Positions 27,627 through 40,118 of a stretch of DNA of 64,000 nucleotides are shown here, in pieces. The stretch covers positions 7,378,001 through 7,442,000 of the forward strand of contig NC_047017.1 of NCBI RefSeq assembly GCF_902652985.1, in the 5' to 3' direction. How positions within the stretch are numbered: position 1 is the first letter of the stretch; each line of letters starts with the position of its first letter. The notes beneath the pieces were generated by a model. It worked only from the letters and a program-made list of their open reading frames with translations. It did no database searches and was not told the DNA's origin. This stretch comes from Pecten maximus (Eukaryota). The translations under genes and the position numbers were made by a program.

Positions 27627-30600
27627 TCATAACTTTATAGAAAGGTAATGACAATCATTTAACCTTTTTTTGTCAAAGTTGGTGCCTCCAAATAAAAATA
27701 CGCCGTCCATGTCATTTAACTGACATGGTGCTATTGGCATCCATCCTCTCGCTTCTGGTGTTTCTCCCGAACACGACATCAATTCCCATCCGGCTTTGCT
27801 ACATGTGTCCATTATATAGCCATCTTGGGAAAACCCTCCTAAATGTCCTTTGCCGGACGGATCTACTTCACCGAACCAAACAATGATAAAAGTAGACATT
27901 GATGAGATTCCAAAGACGGACCTTGGAGGAAGTTCTTTGTCAAGCGTCAGTTTTGACCATGTTTTGGAGTCTGTGTCGTATTTATAGACATCATTCAACT
28001 CTCTTCCTGTAAAACCTGCTACGACGAACAAGTCTTTTCCAACTGCAATTAGACCCGCCCCACCTCGTCTTTCGATGTCCTCATTGGTTGGCTGTTGTTC
28101 CCATGTGTTGGTGGCAATATCATAAGAATGGAGATCGTTCAAACGGTCTTCTTCTACACATCCGCCAAACACGTAAAGGCGATTGGCAACTACCGCCATG
28201 GCGTGAAAGCTTCTAGGGGAAGGAGCAACCCCAGACGGTTTCAAAAGAGTCCAAACATTGTCTCTGGTGTCAAAAGCATACAGGTCATTGAAGTTTCCCT
28301 CGCCCATATTGATTCCCGTTCTTCCGCCAAATATGTACATCACGTGACCCACTGCGGCGGCGCTGTCGGCGAAACGTGGTACAGGGACGTCACCAGTGGT
28401 GCTCAGTTCCGACCAGGTGCATGTGTCCATATCAAGACAGTGGACAATGTTACTGAACGGTACCCTTGGAATATTTTCCCCGCCAAATATGAAAGTCTTT
28501 CTGCCAATCACCACCATTGAATGACAGCTTCTACCAATAGGTACCTCTCCGTTCGTTTTAAGTCTGATCCATTCGAACTGTCAAACATAACACAGAAATA
28601 GAAGTCATGCACGTGCGTTTACTATGTAAAGATAAAGGTACTGAATACATATTTATAAATCAGCAATATCCATGAAACTGCCCCGATTGTTTTTAGTATT
28701 AATGTTTTTGTAGTCTGCTAAAAGTGGTTTAAAAATAAATGTTAATTTATAATTAGTGGCAAGTTTCAAAATCTCAAGCTACAATTTCTGAACAAGGTCA
28801 AACATGCATGTATAATGCATTGAGAATCTATAATAATTTGTCCCTCAATGCAGAATCTAAACTGATTGATTTTGCTGTCTTTATTTCTTCAATTCTTAAT
28901 TATGGTTGCGAAACGTGAAGTTTTCATTCTACAGACAAAGTAGAAAAAGTGTATGTTGAGCTTTTTAAAAAAAAAAAAAAAAATCCTGAATGTAACGAAA
29001 AGTACGCCTTCATTGATGCTAAACTCGGATTAGGGCAAATGTCTTTGTATATTATTAGGAAACGTCGAATTGTCAAACATTAGTTGAAACTAATTAAATA
29101 TGATAATTGTGTTGTTAAAGCAGTTTATGATGACATGGATGAGTGTAATCACAGAAATTGTAATTGGCGTTGTCAAGTTAGAAACTTATTAATGGCGTCT
29201 AGCTTTAGCAATGTTTGGTATACACTCTATGTTGATAATTAAACTGCATTTTAGATTGTTTTAGCTGCGATTGATTTAAATGGTATTTGTATAGATTCCT
29301 GATTGATAGCTTAACGTTACAGATTTACTTAAAGTCTATACCTGACGTGCATCTTAAATTAATTTCTAAATTTCGACTTTCATCCCATCAGTTATGTTTA
29401 GTAGGTCGGTATCGTAATATACCTAGAGTAAATAGGATTTGTCATGTTTGCAACCAAAACCAAGTAGAGGAGGAGTTCCATTTTAGTTTGATATGTCCAC
29501 GCTATGAAGAAAATCGTAAGAGATGAATATAAAAAAAATGTATTACTTGAAGCGACCTCCTCACTCAAACTTGTTCAGCTGCTATCTACACAACAATAAA
29601 GATCTTTGCAAACTAGGAAAGTATTTGCAATCAAGCTTGATAGCACGGTCAGGATTCTAACCTTAATTTATTTTGTTTTCAATTACTTCGTATTTTTTTT
29701 TTTTTTTTTTTACATATATGCGTAAACTTATTGTCGTTTCCAGGTTTACAGATATACCCTGTTGTAGTCCGTCCCCTGACTGCTCCACCAGATACAGTTT
29801 CGGTATTATTTATACTTTATTGAACCTCAAATTTTCAGAGATATTTCCAACTCATTTATTATTATAGTATATTTCCTTTCCACCCAGAGCCAAGAGGTCA
29901 TGACTATCAGTCAAACAAAACTAGCTAAAGTCTTTAGTGATCTCGACTCTTCAATTCTTATAATTTATACAATACACTACATGTTTTATGCTTCATTGCT
30001 TACTTTTATTACTATTTCTTTTCGTACTCGCTTACATGCACCTACCTTCAAACATGCATGCATACAAACGTACATACAAACGTACACAAATGTTCATTCG
30101 ACCGTTTGACGCCTATATATATACAGACGCAAAAAAAGACTCACTGACATACGATAAACAGACACTATGGCAGATACTGACCGACTTAAATCCTGTCCCT
30201 GTTAGATATAAAGACAAGCACTCGATTCACTGATAAAAAAAACCCACACCATCTGTCAGATACACATATAAAAAACGTTTATACTTAAGATCCATTCAAT
30301 TACCGACAAGGTATACAATGCCAATTTAATTCTGCCAATCATACACAAAGACTTATATACATCTCAATTTAGAGTCAACATAAACACACAGTCATACAGA
30401 TACTCATAGAAAGATAGTTACACTTAAGATCCACGCAGTTACAGACAAGATTTACCGTGCAAACTCGGTCAAACATACACACAAAACAGACAGACTCATA
30501 GACATATAGACATATCCAGTTTCACACTTAAACTCATATATACGTGTACGATAATAAGTTTTGCAATTTATGTCAATATGTTCTCTTTTTTGTCACATAG

Positions 30601-30725
30601 TGCTTAAACATCTTTCTTTTATTGTTCATCCATGCTGTATTCTTATCCATTGTATTATAATATTGTTTGAGACAAACTGGGTAATTCAGATTTAATATAC
30701 AAAAGCTGACTATCTTGGGCTGTTG

Positions 30726-30757
<32 letters not shown>

Positions 30758-31867
30758 TTATTTATATGTTGTTTTTGTACAAATGTATTTTTGAATATTT
30801 AACGACTTTTACGATGAACAAGATCATGTTTTGCAATGGTGATATAATTATGTAGTATGTATTATCATTGACTATTGTTTGTATGTTGTTATACTTGTAT
30901 GCTTATGTGCATTAAGGCTTCATGTCAAATAAACATGGAACATAAGTTATCGAAACACTATCAGTATACATTTGGAGGGCCGCGATAGTTTTTTTTTCAC
31001 TTTTTCACCTTAGCAGAAAATCCAAGGTTCGTAGTTCGATACGCCCTACCCATGTCGGTTTGTGCTTTCCGGGCAGCTGCGAAAACGGCCGGACTGTGCT
31101 GTCGTGGTTATGTTCTTTGGTAAGAATCTTTACTCTAATTGCTTAAGATGGCATGCGACGGGCATCTCGTATGTTTTTCAGTGAGGTAGTCACCAACTAT
31201 TAAAAGGAGACCCTGCCTCAGAATTACCCTGGCTGTTCATGGGGCGATAAACCCACCAAACAAACCAAACCTCTAAATTTGCAATCAATTTATTCAGTTT
31301 CGAGTAACTACGTAAGCGCGTTGTTTGTTACCAAACAATATATATACTACATGTATATCATGTTGTCCAAAATGATATTTTAGGCAAGTATACACTGTGC
31401 GTTTGTTTAGGCGTCGCGTTTAATACATGATCCACTTTTTCATACAAATATTTTTAAAACAACTCTAAGCTATCGTTATATAACCGCCATCTTACCACGG
31501 TTAAGCACATGTGTGTCATATTAACTGGTGTCAAATTCCCTTGAATTTAACTAGTGTAGTTTCCAACTATCTGCAAACTAAATTCTAGAACACAGGTCAA
31601 CATTCTCTAACACTGTAAATACCTCACATGCATCAAAAAGCTTACGCCATCAGCTAGCTTACAGACATAAGCACTTGTATATGGTAATTAACACCCAGGG
31701 TTAAAATTATCCTCGATATGTACAATACATGGAGGATAATTGCAACGCAGGGTGTTAATTACCAGGTACAAGTGTCTCTGATACAGGTAAAAAAAACATT
31801 TCTTTACAAAAGTATATGATAGATCACACAAGTTGATGCTATATATTATGTATTTAGTTACCTCCAT
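27627..31867 (-). CDS. Kelch-repeat beta-propeller protein, nitrile-specifier-protein-like (paralog A, 318 aa)
   Basis: Exon 2, 27627-28577 (cag|TTC GAA TGG.., phase 0, 951 nt open), has six Kelch blades (FGG..R..D motifs) and RSCH/RSFH/RGG/RSVF/GEVDPS..GH/RGW motifs. Exon 1 is ATG GAG|gtaact at 31862-31867, conserved in paralog B. An alternative copy of exon 1 lies at 34845-34850. Confidence 0.88.
28790..29660 (+). mobile_element. Decayed 3' fragment of a non-LTR retrotransposon ORF2 (C-terminal zinc knuckle; RTE-X/CR1-like)
   Basis: KFRLSSHQL..GRYRNIPRVNRICHVCNQNQVEEEFHFSLICPRY matches the conserved LINE C-terminal CCHC region. Upstream frames are broken. Lies in the Kelch A intron. Confidence 0.75.
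30975..31270 (+). mobile_element. tRNA-derived SINE (part of the duplicated cassette)
   Basis: Aligns with 42837-43130. Tail ggggcgataaacccaccaaacaaac. Confidence 0.8.
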
Positions 31868-32364
31868 TACTGCTGGTTTGCCGATGAGACAGGGTACACG
31901 GTGTTTCTAGATGGAGGTCGTTGGTGAATATTATCTGTGAAGGCTGAGGGTACGGTTAATTCAATTTGACAACGAGGCTTTCTGATTGACCTGTTTCCTA
32001 TTTACGTCATTTAAACGTTTTCATCCATTTTTGCATTTGTAGATCGTTAATATTCATACTGCTGAAGTAGGTGTCCTAAATAATAAATTTTAAAATGTGT
32101 CAAAATACACCTCAAGATGCTGGAATCAGAACAAAAAAAAGAGGGGGAGATTTTCCTATCTATGACCCGAAATGTGTGTTCGTGTGTACGTGTGTGGATG
32201 AAGGGGGTTGGGGGTATAAAACTGTAACATCGTTCTAATCGTTCATGAACTCCCGTTTTATGGATTTTCAGTGGTCAATGGTAGAGGAGATATATGTATA
32301 TAGACATTTAAAAACCTAAAACGTTTGACAGATTGTCATGAGTATAGCCGAAACCGCTTTCATT

Positions 32365-33627
32365 TAAGGATTGATTGTCAATTTTGTTGCTTGCATGGAC
32401 TGATGAAGGGAAGTGAACCTCGTGCAAATGAAGTGAACTGCAAAGAGGTTCACCTCCCTTCATCAGTCCATGCAAGCAACAAAATTGACAATCAATCCTT
32501 ATATTTACGTTAACCAAATTTAAAACTTCGCCACCAGATTGCAAAATTCGGTCGCAACAGTGTGACGTAAGTGCGTCACTTTGTAACATTGTTATTCGCA
32601 TCGTACATGTGTGCACAGTAGTGGAACAGCAGACAGTCAACTATTCTCGTCGCCAAGGCAACACAAAATATAGTGCCATACACGTTTTGATTATTAACGA
32701 TGTTGATACACATAGATACGATATTTTCAAGGTAAAATATTCATTGATAACAAATATTTATGATATTGTATAATAAAAACTTAGCAATACCCATATTAAT
32801 ACGAATTTAAAGTACAGTACGTGTTGACAGTATAGTATGTGTGTGATTTGGTCACTCGAGACACAGGGACTCGGTTAAAAAAAATGATGTGATGCAGTCT
32901 AATAGCCGGGATATTCAGAGCTCGAGAAAAAGTGTAACAATGTGGATTTTAGTCGCAGGTTAGCTGGTGATATACATGGTCTTCTTGAAATATTGGATTT
33001 CATTGTCGCATTGGCGTTTTGGGATGTAAATTCTGATAATAATAAGTAAAGAAACATTGATTTGAAAATTGGCTGTATTCGATGGCCGGAAACTTGTGTC
33101 CTCCATGTTTAGATTGAGTCAAATTACGACAATAATGTGTCCCTGTTCTCGATATAGCATACTTCTGCTACGTTTTGTGTTGTTAAATAGTGTTTAAATT
33201 GAGCTTTATTTTCTGTGACCACTGAAATGGTATTAAGCATGGCATTCGAGATACAGCTAACGTTAGACCTACTGCGCTACGTAGGTCATGAGCTCTGTGC
33301 TATCGATAGTGTCAGTGCTCTGTCAGATCCTGTTTTCTAAACTGTCTGCATTATACTGGCATTTTTATTAGCACATAAAGCGGCTATTCCACTTGTGTTC
33401 ATATACGTTTATAACAATGCTACACAATTCACAAAGTGAAAGTGCATTCAAGTCTGAGGCGGTACAGAACTCGATCGCCATTGTAAACTGAGTGAATGTA
33501 TTCACACGCCGGCAAGAAAGTGATTCGTCTATCAGAACAGAAGCACGCGACCCAAAATCTTCAACGGGAAATGAAGTGATCTGAGTTTACTATGTTCATT
33601 GAGGCGGAGCGAAGTGAAAATGTAAAT
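32365..33627. mobile_element. 1.26-kb non-autonomous palindromic DNA element (CryptonV-like) inserted in the Kelch A promoter
   Basis: The empty site tttcATTagcagc is seen at ~33875, ~34998 and ~35247. Here ATT is present on both sides (32362-32364, 33628-33630). Terminal palindrome with 57-bp arms (32365-32421 / 32445-32501, 1 mismatch). 3' end aaaatgtaaat is inverted to atttac after the palindrome. Confidence 0.8.
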
Positions 33628-35646
33628 ATTAGCAGCTATAGGGTACAAATGAAGGCGGAAGTGACGTCATGTAGTATCGGAAGCTGTGCACTATTTTTTT
33701 TCGTAGATGGTGGAAGTAGGGGTTGGAGGGGTATAGAAATGTAACATCGTTCTAATCGTTCATGAACTCCCGTTTTATTGATTTTCAGTGGTCAATGGTA
33801 GAGGAGATATATGTATATAGGCATTTAAAAACCTAAAACGTTTGACAGATTATCATGAATATAGCCGAAACGCTTTCATTAGCAGCTATAGGGTACAAAT
33901 GAAGGCGGAAGTGACGTTATGTAGTACCGGAAGCTGTGCAATATTTATTTTCGTAGATGGTGGAAGTGAAATTGCACAGGTGATTACGTGGGGGCTCGTA
34001 GGTACCTATGGAAATTGAAGGAAGAATTTCGCTGGTACCTATGAGAATATGTCAGAATTTCGTAGGTATGTTTGATCATTGAACAATTTGTATGGTAGTC
34101 ACTATCCCTATATCATCATTTGCAAGATACCTCTGACATATTTGTTGGTAAAGTTCAAATGAGTTCATCGGTACCAGTGAAAACGTACAGAAAATTGTGA
34201 CCTCATTTAGTGTATACATGTATAGACAAGATAGGTATACACAAAACGTCTCGCTCCAATTCATATAGACATTTCATGTATATCATGTTGTCCAATATGA
34301 TATTTTAGCCAAGTATACACTGTGCGTTTGTTTAGGCGTCGCGTTTAATACATGATAGACGTTTTAGAAAACGCAGGTGTCAAAGTAACTTTATCGTTGA
34401 CGTGTACTTGCTGAGCCACTTTTTCATACAAATATTTTTAAAACAACTCTAAGCTATCGTTATATAACCGCCATCTTACCACGATTAAGCACATGTGTGT
34501 CATATTTACTGGTGTCAAATTCCCTTGAATTTAACTAGTGTAGTTTCCAACTATCTGCAAACTAAATTCTAGAACAAAGGTCAATATTCTCTAACACTGT
34601 AAATAACTCACATACATCAAAAAGCTTACGCCATCAGCTAGCTTACAGAAATAAGCACTTGTATATGGTAATTAACACCCAGGGTTAAAATTATCCTCGA
34701 TATGTACAATACATGGAGGATAATTGCAACGCAGGGTGTTAATTACCAGGTACAAGTGTCTCTGATACAGGTAAAAAAACATTTCTTTACAAAAGTATAT
34801 GCTAGATCACACAAGTTGATGCTATATATTATGCATTTAGTTACCTCCATTACTGCTGGTTTGCCGATGAGACAGGGTACACGGTGTTTGTGTGGATAAA
34901 GGGGGTTGGGGGGGTATAGAAATGTAACATCGTTCTTATCGTTCATGAACTCCCGTTTTATGGATTTTCAGTGGTCAATGGTATAGCCGAAACCGCTTTC
35001 ATTAGCAGCTATAGGGTACAAATGAAGGCGGAAGTGACGTCATGTAGTACCGGAAGCTGTGCAATAATTTTTCTCGTAGATGGTGGAAGTAGGGGTTTGA
35101 GGGATATAAAAATATAACATCGTTCTAATCGTTCATGAACTCCCGTTTTATGGATTTTCAGTGGTCAATGGTAGAGGAGATATATGTATATAGACATTTA
35201 AAAACCTAAAACGTTTGACAGATTATCATGAATATAGCCGAAACGCTTTCATTAGCAGCTATAGGTACAAATGAAGGCGGAAGTGACGTTATGTAGTACC
35301 GGAAGATGTGCAATGTTCTTTTCGTAGATGGTGGAAGTGAAATTGCACAGGTGATTACGTGGGGGCTCATAGGTACCTATGGAAATTGAAGGAAGAATTT
35401 CGCAGATACCTATGAGAATATGTCAGAATTTCGAAGGTATGTTTGATCATTGAACAATTTTTATGGTAGTCACTATCCCTATATCATCATTTGCAAGATA
35501 CCTCTGACATATTTGTTGGTAAAGTTCAAATGAGTTCATCGGTACCAGTGAATACGTACAGAGAATTGTGACCTCATTTAGTGTATACATGTATAGACAA
35601 GATAGGTATACACAAAACGTCTCGCTCCAATTCATATAGACATTTC
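33628..35646. repeat. Nested local duplications of the Kelch A promoter/exon-1 region (four ETS-CRE modules)
   Basis: 33628-34276 ~ 35001-35646 and 31345-31906 ~ 34277-34888. A ~250-bp module is repeated, with GCGGAAGTGACGT(C/T)A at 33655, 33905, 35028 and 35277. Confidence 0.85.
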
Positions 35647-37319
35647 ACCTGTATAAAAAATTGTGTTAAGTTGCACCAAAACCACGAATTTTCTTTTTGC
35701 AGAACATAATATACAGTATAGATTTCACCCGACGTATGACAGTTTGACATATTTATGGTACATCTTCAGGATGTATATGACTACTGCAATTGTTTTTTAG
35801 ATAGAAAGTTCCATTTGTTCTGTCAGTTTATGATTTGATTTATTACGTTTGACTCAGCTTTATCCAATTTGTTTACCTTTTATGTTGATAGATTCTCACC
35901 CATTATTGTACCAGTAATAGTTCAATCATTTCATTTTACTTCTTGTATGCAATAAACATTTTTTAATACTTAAATGATAGAACAAACATTTTGACTACCT
36001 CAATATGTGTATTTTATGGATCATTTTTCCACAATATATTTAATGAGTAAAATATGAAATATTGCTTGCATTTCTTAAAATTTTAACTAGTGTTTTGATA
36101 TTATTTCTATGGCTAAATTTGACAGCAGAACTATTAATATTATTTCAATTGTTATCCCGACTTTCCCGTCTTTGGTTGTCATTTCAGTTGATATATCTAT
36201 GTGTATATTTTTATTTTATTTTTTTTTTAATTATTATTATTTGATTTTCATAAACAACTATTTTTTATCTAATAGTGCCTTACTATTTTGGTCTTGGTGC
36301 ATGCCCCTATGAATAAGATATTTTGAATTACAAAATACATCAATATATGTTTAATTGAATTTAATTGTATTCCCTTTTTTTGTTGAAAATATTTCAACAG
36401 ATAATGATGATTAACAATGACATTTATCACTGATGATATTAATCAAGGGAGTACATGGAGTATAAGACAAACATATATACGCATGCGTTGTTGTTAATAA
36501 TAAGCAAATAAATATTTTTTTAATCAAATAACATTTTCAAGTCTTGATCTTATGCTAAATTTTAAAACAGATAGACAATCAACAGAACATTTACAGAGTG
36601 CGGGAGGTCACGCAATGATGATCAAAGAGAATTGTTTGATCATGATAATAATTATATGAAGTTAAACAGCATGAACTATCCATCATACGTTTGCAGGCTT
36701 TCTGGAACTGAAATTCTTGTCAATTCGGATCAATAACTTAACCACGAAACCTGTTCATTCAAATGAAAATAAGAGATAGCACACATTCATTTGACTAGCA
36801 GAAACACGAGAACCTTTTCGGTACCGGAAATGATATCAAATCAAAATACATCCGCAATCGACCAGACAGTCCAATCGATACTAAAGGAGTTGGATTCATC
36901 AAGCAGCAATGACAAACAACCATTCGATCTTACCAATGGTTGAACTTCTGTAGATTTGAAGAGTGGCTAGAACATCGGGCATGATACTTTGAACAAAAGT
37001 CCGAATCGTGAGTCGATAATTATACGTGCATCCATCAGAGAACGGAAATGCTTGAGGAGAATCGTCAAATCAAAACTGGTGTCGGTCAGCCTACAAATAA
37101 CGTTGGGTCCCGGGTCCCGGGACCAAGCAGTGTAAGAAAGAGAGCAGTCTGCCCAAAGAACTGACTACTTATTAAAGAAGGGTGGCCGGACCATCAGTCA
37201 TCGGACGTCTACTAAATTTTCGAATTGGGAATCGATAGTTCAATAATATTGGTGAAGAGACGCCATCCTACGGCGTCGGATAGTTGGCTACTGAAAACAT
37301 CAATGACCTCAGTAAAGTC

Positions 37320-38975
37320 ATTTCGTACTTTATGTAACATTATTGTGACACATTAAAATTTAATCCATCTAAAAACATCTTTTTTCTTTTGTATCTCGGC
37401 AGTGGTCCATACGTTCTTTTCCTCGCAGTATAGCCGGAGTCTTCTTGAACCGTCAATGTCTCCTCCTCATGCGATGGTCCTACTTCCAACTTCTTCGGTT
37501 CGACGAATGTATTGTTCTCCGTCCAGGGTACCAGTAAAACTTCAATTGCCACTGAGTATAGCAAGGGATGGTTTCAACATCCAAGGTAATGCGACGCTCC
37601 TTCGAAAGAGTTCCCCACTGTCATTTTCATGACAGACCAATTGCGATTGAAGGTGCGAGTAAGTGCCGTCCGAACCCATCGAGTGCAGCACTTTGAAGTA
37701 GGCCTTCCAGGGGTAATTGCCGGTATTGAGGATATTAATTTGCCGTTAATGGACGTATCGATCTGACTCCACATGGACTACATGGGCATGTCGACAATGC
37801 CTGTCTTTTCGTTTGTTGTCAGTGCGATTCCGTTCGATTTAATTATCTAGCACGCAACCCCTGCGCAAGTCCTTGCACTCGTCGCCTTGACTAGGAATCT
37901 TGATTTCTACGGGACTGTTTCCTGTATCGAAGGGTGGCATGGGTCTGCATTTCACAACCATGCTCGTCGGAATGTTGAAGATGGAAGGATCAGCCGGTAT
38001 CCCTATGCCTCTTATCTTGTCAATGAGGTACACCATATTTTATTAAATTCTTCTCTTCTTGCTGAACATTTTATGGTCCTATGTGATGCGTTTCCTCTTA
38101 TACTCGTATGCGTCACTTACAAAATGTAGATGTTTGCGCTTTCTATATATTCTTCTAAGAGTTATCCCTTTGCGTGTCTTCTTAATTTTTATGCGTCTCT
38201 TGTTCTTTATATGTCTCCTCTTAACGGGTACGTGCTGTTGTTCGTCCTCGACGGTATTCTTCATTTCGGATTCGGCTTTGTCTTCTACCGTTGCTTTGTG
38301 AGTCACCAGACCACAGACTAGGGGTTCTTTGATCACGTGGGGTTCACGGGTATCATGTAGGGTTTATTCGAGTACATGTCAGCCACCCCGCCACTCGATT
38401 GACGTTCTCTGTACATACAGGAGTAAAACGAGCCGTCAATCATGTTCTTGTTAAAGGACCCCCATATCCTGGGATCTGAAACTTAAATCTTACCATCTCG
38501 GTCAGAACAGAGGTAGTTTCTTCAGTTCCACGTCGTCGTTCAGAAAGGATGCAGCTGGTCCGTCGGCACCCTTACTATAGATGTGTATGTCTACGAAATA
38601 CCCAATTCACAGAGGGAGCTTCGTCAGGCATGTCGTAGATATATGTCTTCCCTCTTGATCCATGAACTTAACTTCTTCGGCTAGTGCAACTAAGATACCG
38701 GGACATCCGTTTCATCGTTCACATTTCTCTCCTTAAGGATTTTATCGATATTCAAAAGTTTGTCCTTGTACGTGTTGACCTTCTGTAATTCCTGTTCGTA
38801 AACAAGTCACGTCCTCGTCTACATAATCCTTCAGTGTGTAGACCAGCATTTCATGCCTGTTCAGACAATTCCAGACCATGACCACTTCTCCAGTCCACTT
38901 TTGGTCGTATTCCCTCTGAAACTTGCTTTTTAGATGCGTTGTTTTGACTTTATTTTTGTGTTTAATCTTGAAACA
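37320..38975 (-). mobile_element. Decayed Polinton/Maverick relic: integrase C-terminus, small basic protein, major capsid protein pseudogene
   Basis: ~38650-38975: KFQREYDQKWTGE..VYTLKDY..YEQELQKV..IDKILK..SWI (c-integrase C-terminus, chromo-like). ~38050-38480: VSDPRIW..NMIDG plus a K/R-rich tail. 37320-38036: SPVEIKIPSQGDECKDL..SMWSQIDTSINGKLIS..NYPWKAYFKVL (Polinton MCP N-terminal motifs). Many frameshifts. Confidence 0.75.
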
Positions 38976-40118
38976 TCATCTCTTCGTTCTTTTCGTTGAT
39001 GTTCCTCGGAGGTCGCGACGGCTTGTCGTTGACTTTTTGTCAATGATGCCAATTAACTCAGATATTCGCAATTTTGCGCATGCGCGAACATAATGTGCTA
39101 CTTGTTTTTTGATGTTATGAATGTTTCGTTCTGTGTGAATATGACACGTGTCTTTTATATCAAAACTTTTACAAGCGTCAACTTCGAAGCTGGTGTTACT
39201 GCCTAAGACACGTTTTTGTTCTCTAAAAGGCTGAACTATTAACATTTTCTTTCGATGGAAACTAACAAACAAAAACACTTCGAGTACACATATTTATTTA
39301 TAATCTTGGATAAGGTCTGTGACATACGTTTGAGGTCCCTGGTTAGCAATTCATACAAACATTCATTTGTCTTCATAGTTTTCAATGTACAGACATCCAC
39401 ACTGTCTCTCAAGTAGATATAAGCAATGCTGAATCGTATAGCAAGCTACAAAACCTGTGGGCTATTAGTTCCCCATGGGTCAGGAACCCACGAGACTCTT
39501 GTCGTTTGACTCAGAGCGGAGTCTCACGGGTGTCCGACGATGTGGTATTCCACGACGTCAGAATTACATAATTGATATAAAGTTACAAATTCAAACTTTG
39601 AAGTGTCAAAGATGCAACAATTATTTATACATCCTGTAGAGTGTAAGCCTAGCAATTTGAGTTCTTTCATATCCGCGCTCCTCTGCGATAATCAACCATT
39701 TGCTTACTACTTTTCAATAAAGATATACAAATGTATTACATTTGGTGGATACAATAATAAATTATCAGTGATCAATCAAATTAAACATTGAAAAGCAATA
39801 TATATCGGTATTACTTAAAGTTTGCAATGTTTGGACAAAAGTAAATGACAGGGTCTTCCTTTCGCTTCCAATTCAAGTGAAACAAACATGTTTCATTAAT
39901 TCAATATCAAAAGAAAATCCGTCTAAAATGTATATACATATAGCAACATCTGTTTAAATAAGGTAACCTGTGTATTTCTATTATTTTGTAATAATTGGCA
40001 TAGTAGACACAAATGTATGTAGAGCTGCTGAATAATTTGTAAGTACAGTACTGTAAATGATTTTTATTCCGTGCTTCTGATTTCTACGTTTTTCTCCTTT
40101 CCACTAAGTTCTGTAAAC

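Noticed and set aside
32308-32640. Mirror ORFs containing RIDCQFCCLHGLMKG on both strands
   Set aside because: A by-product of the 137-bp palindrome.
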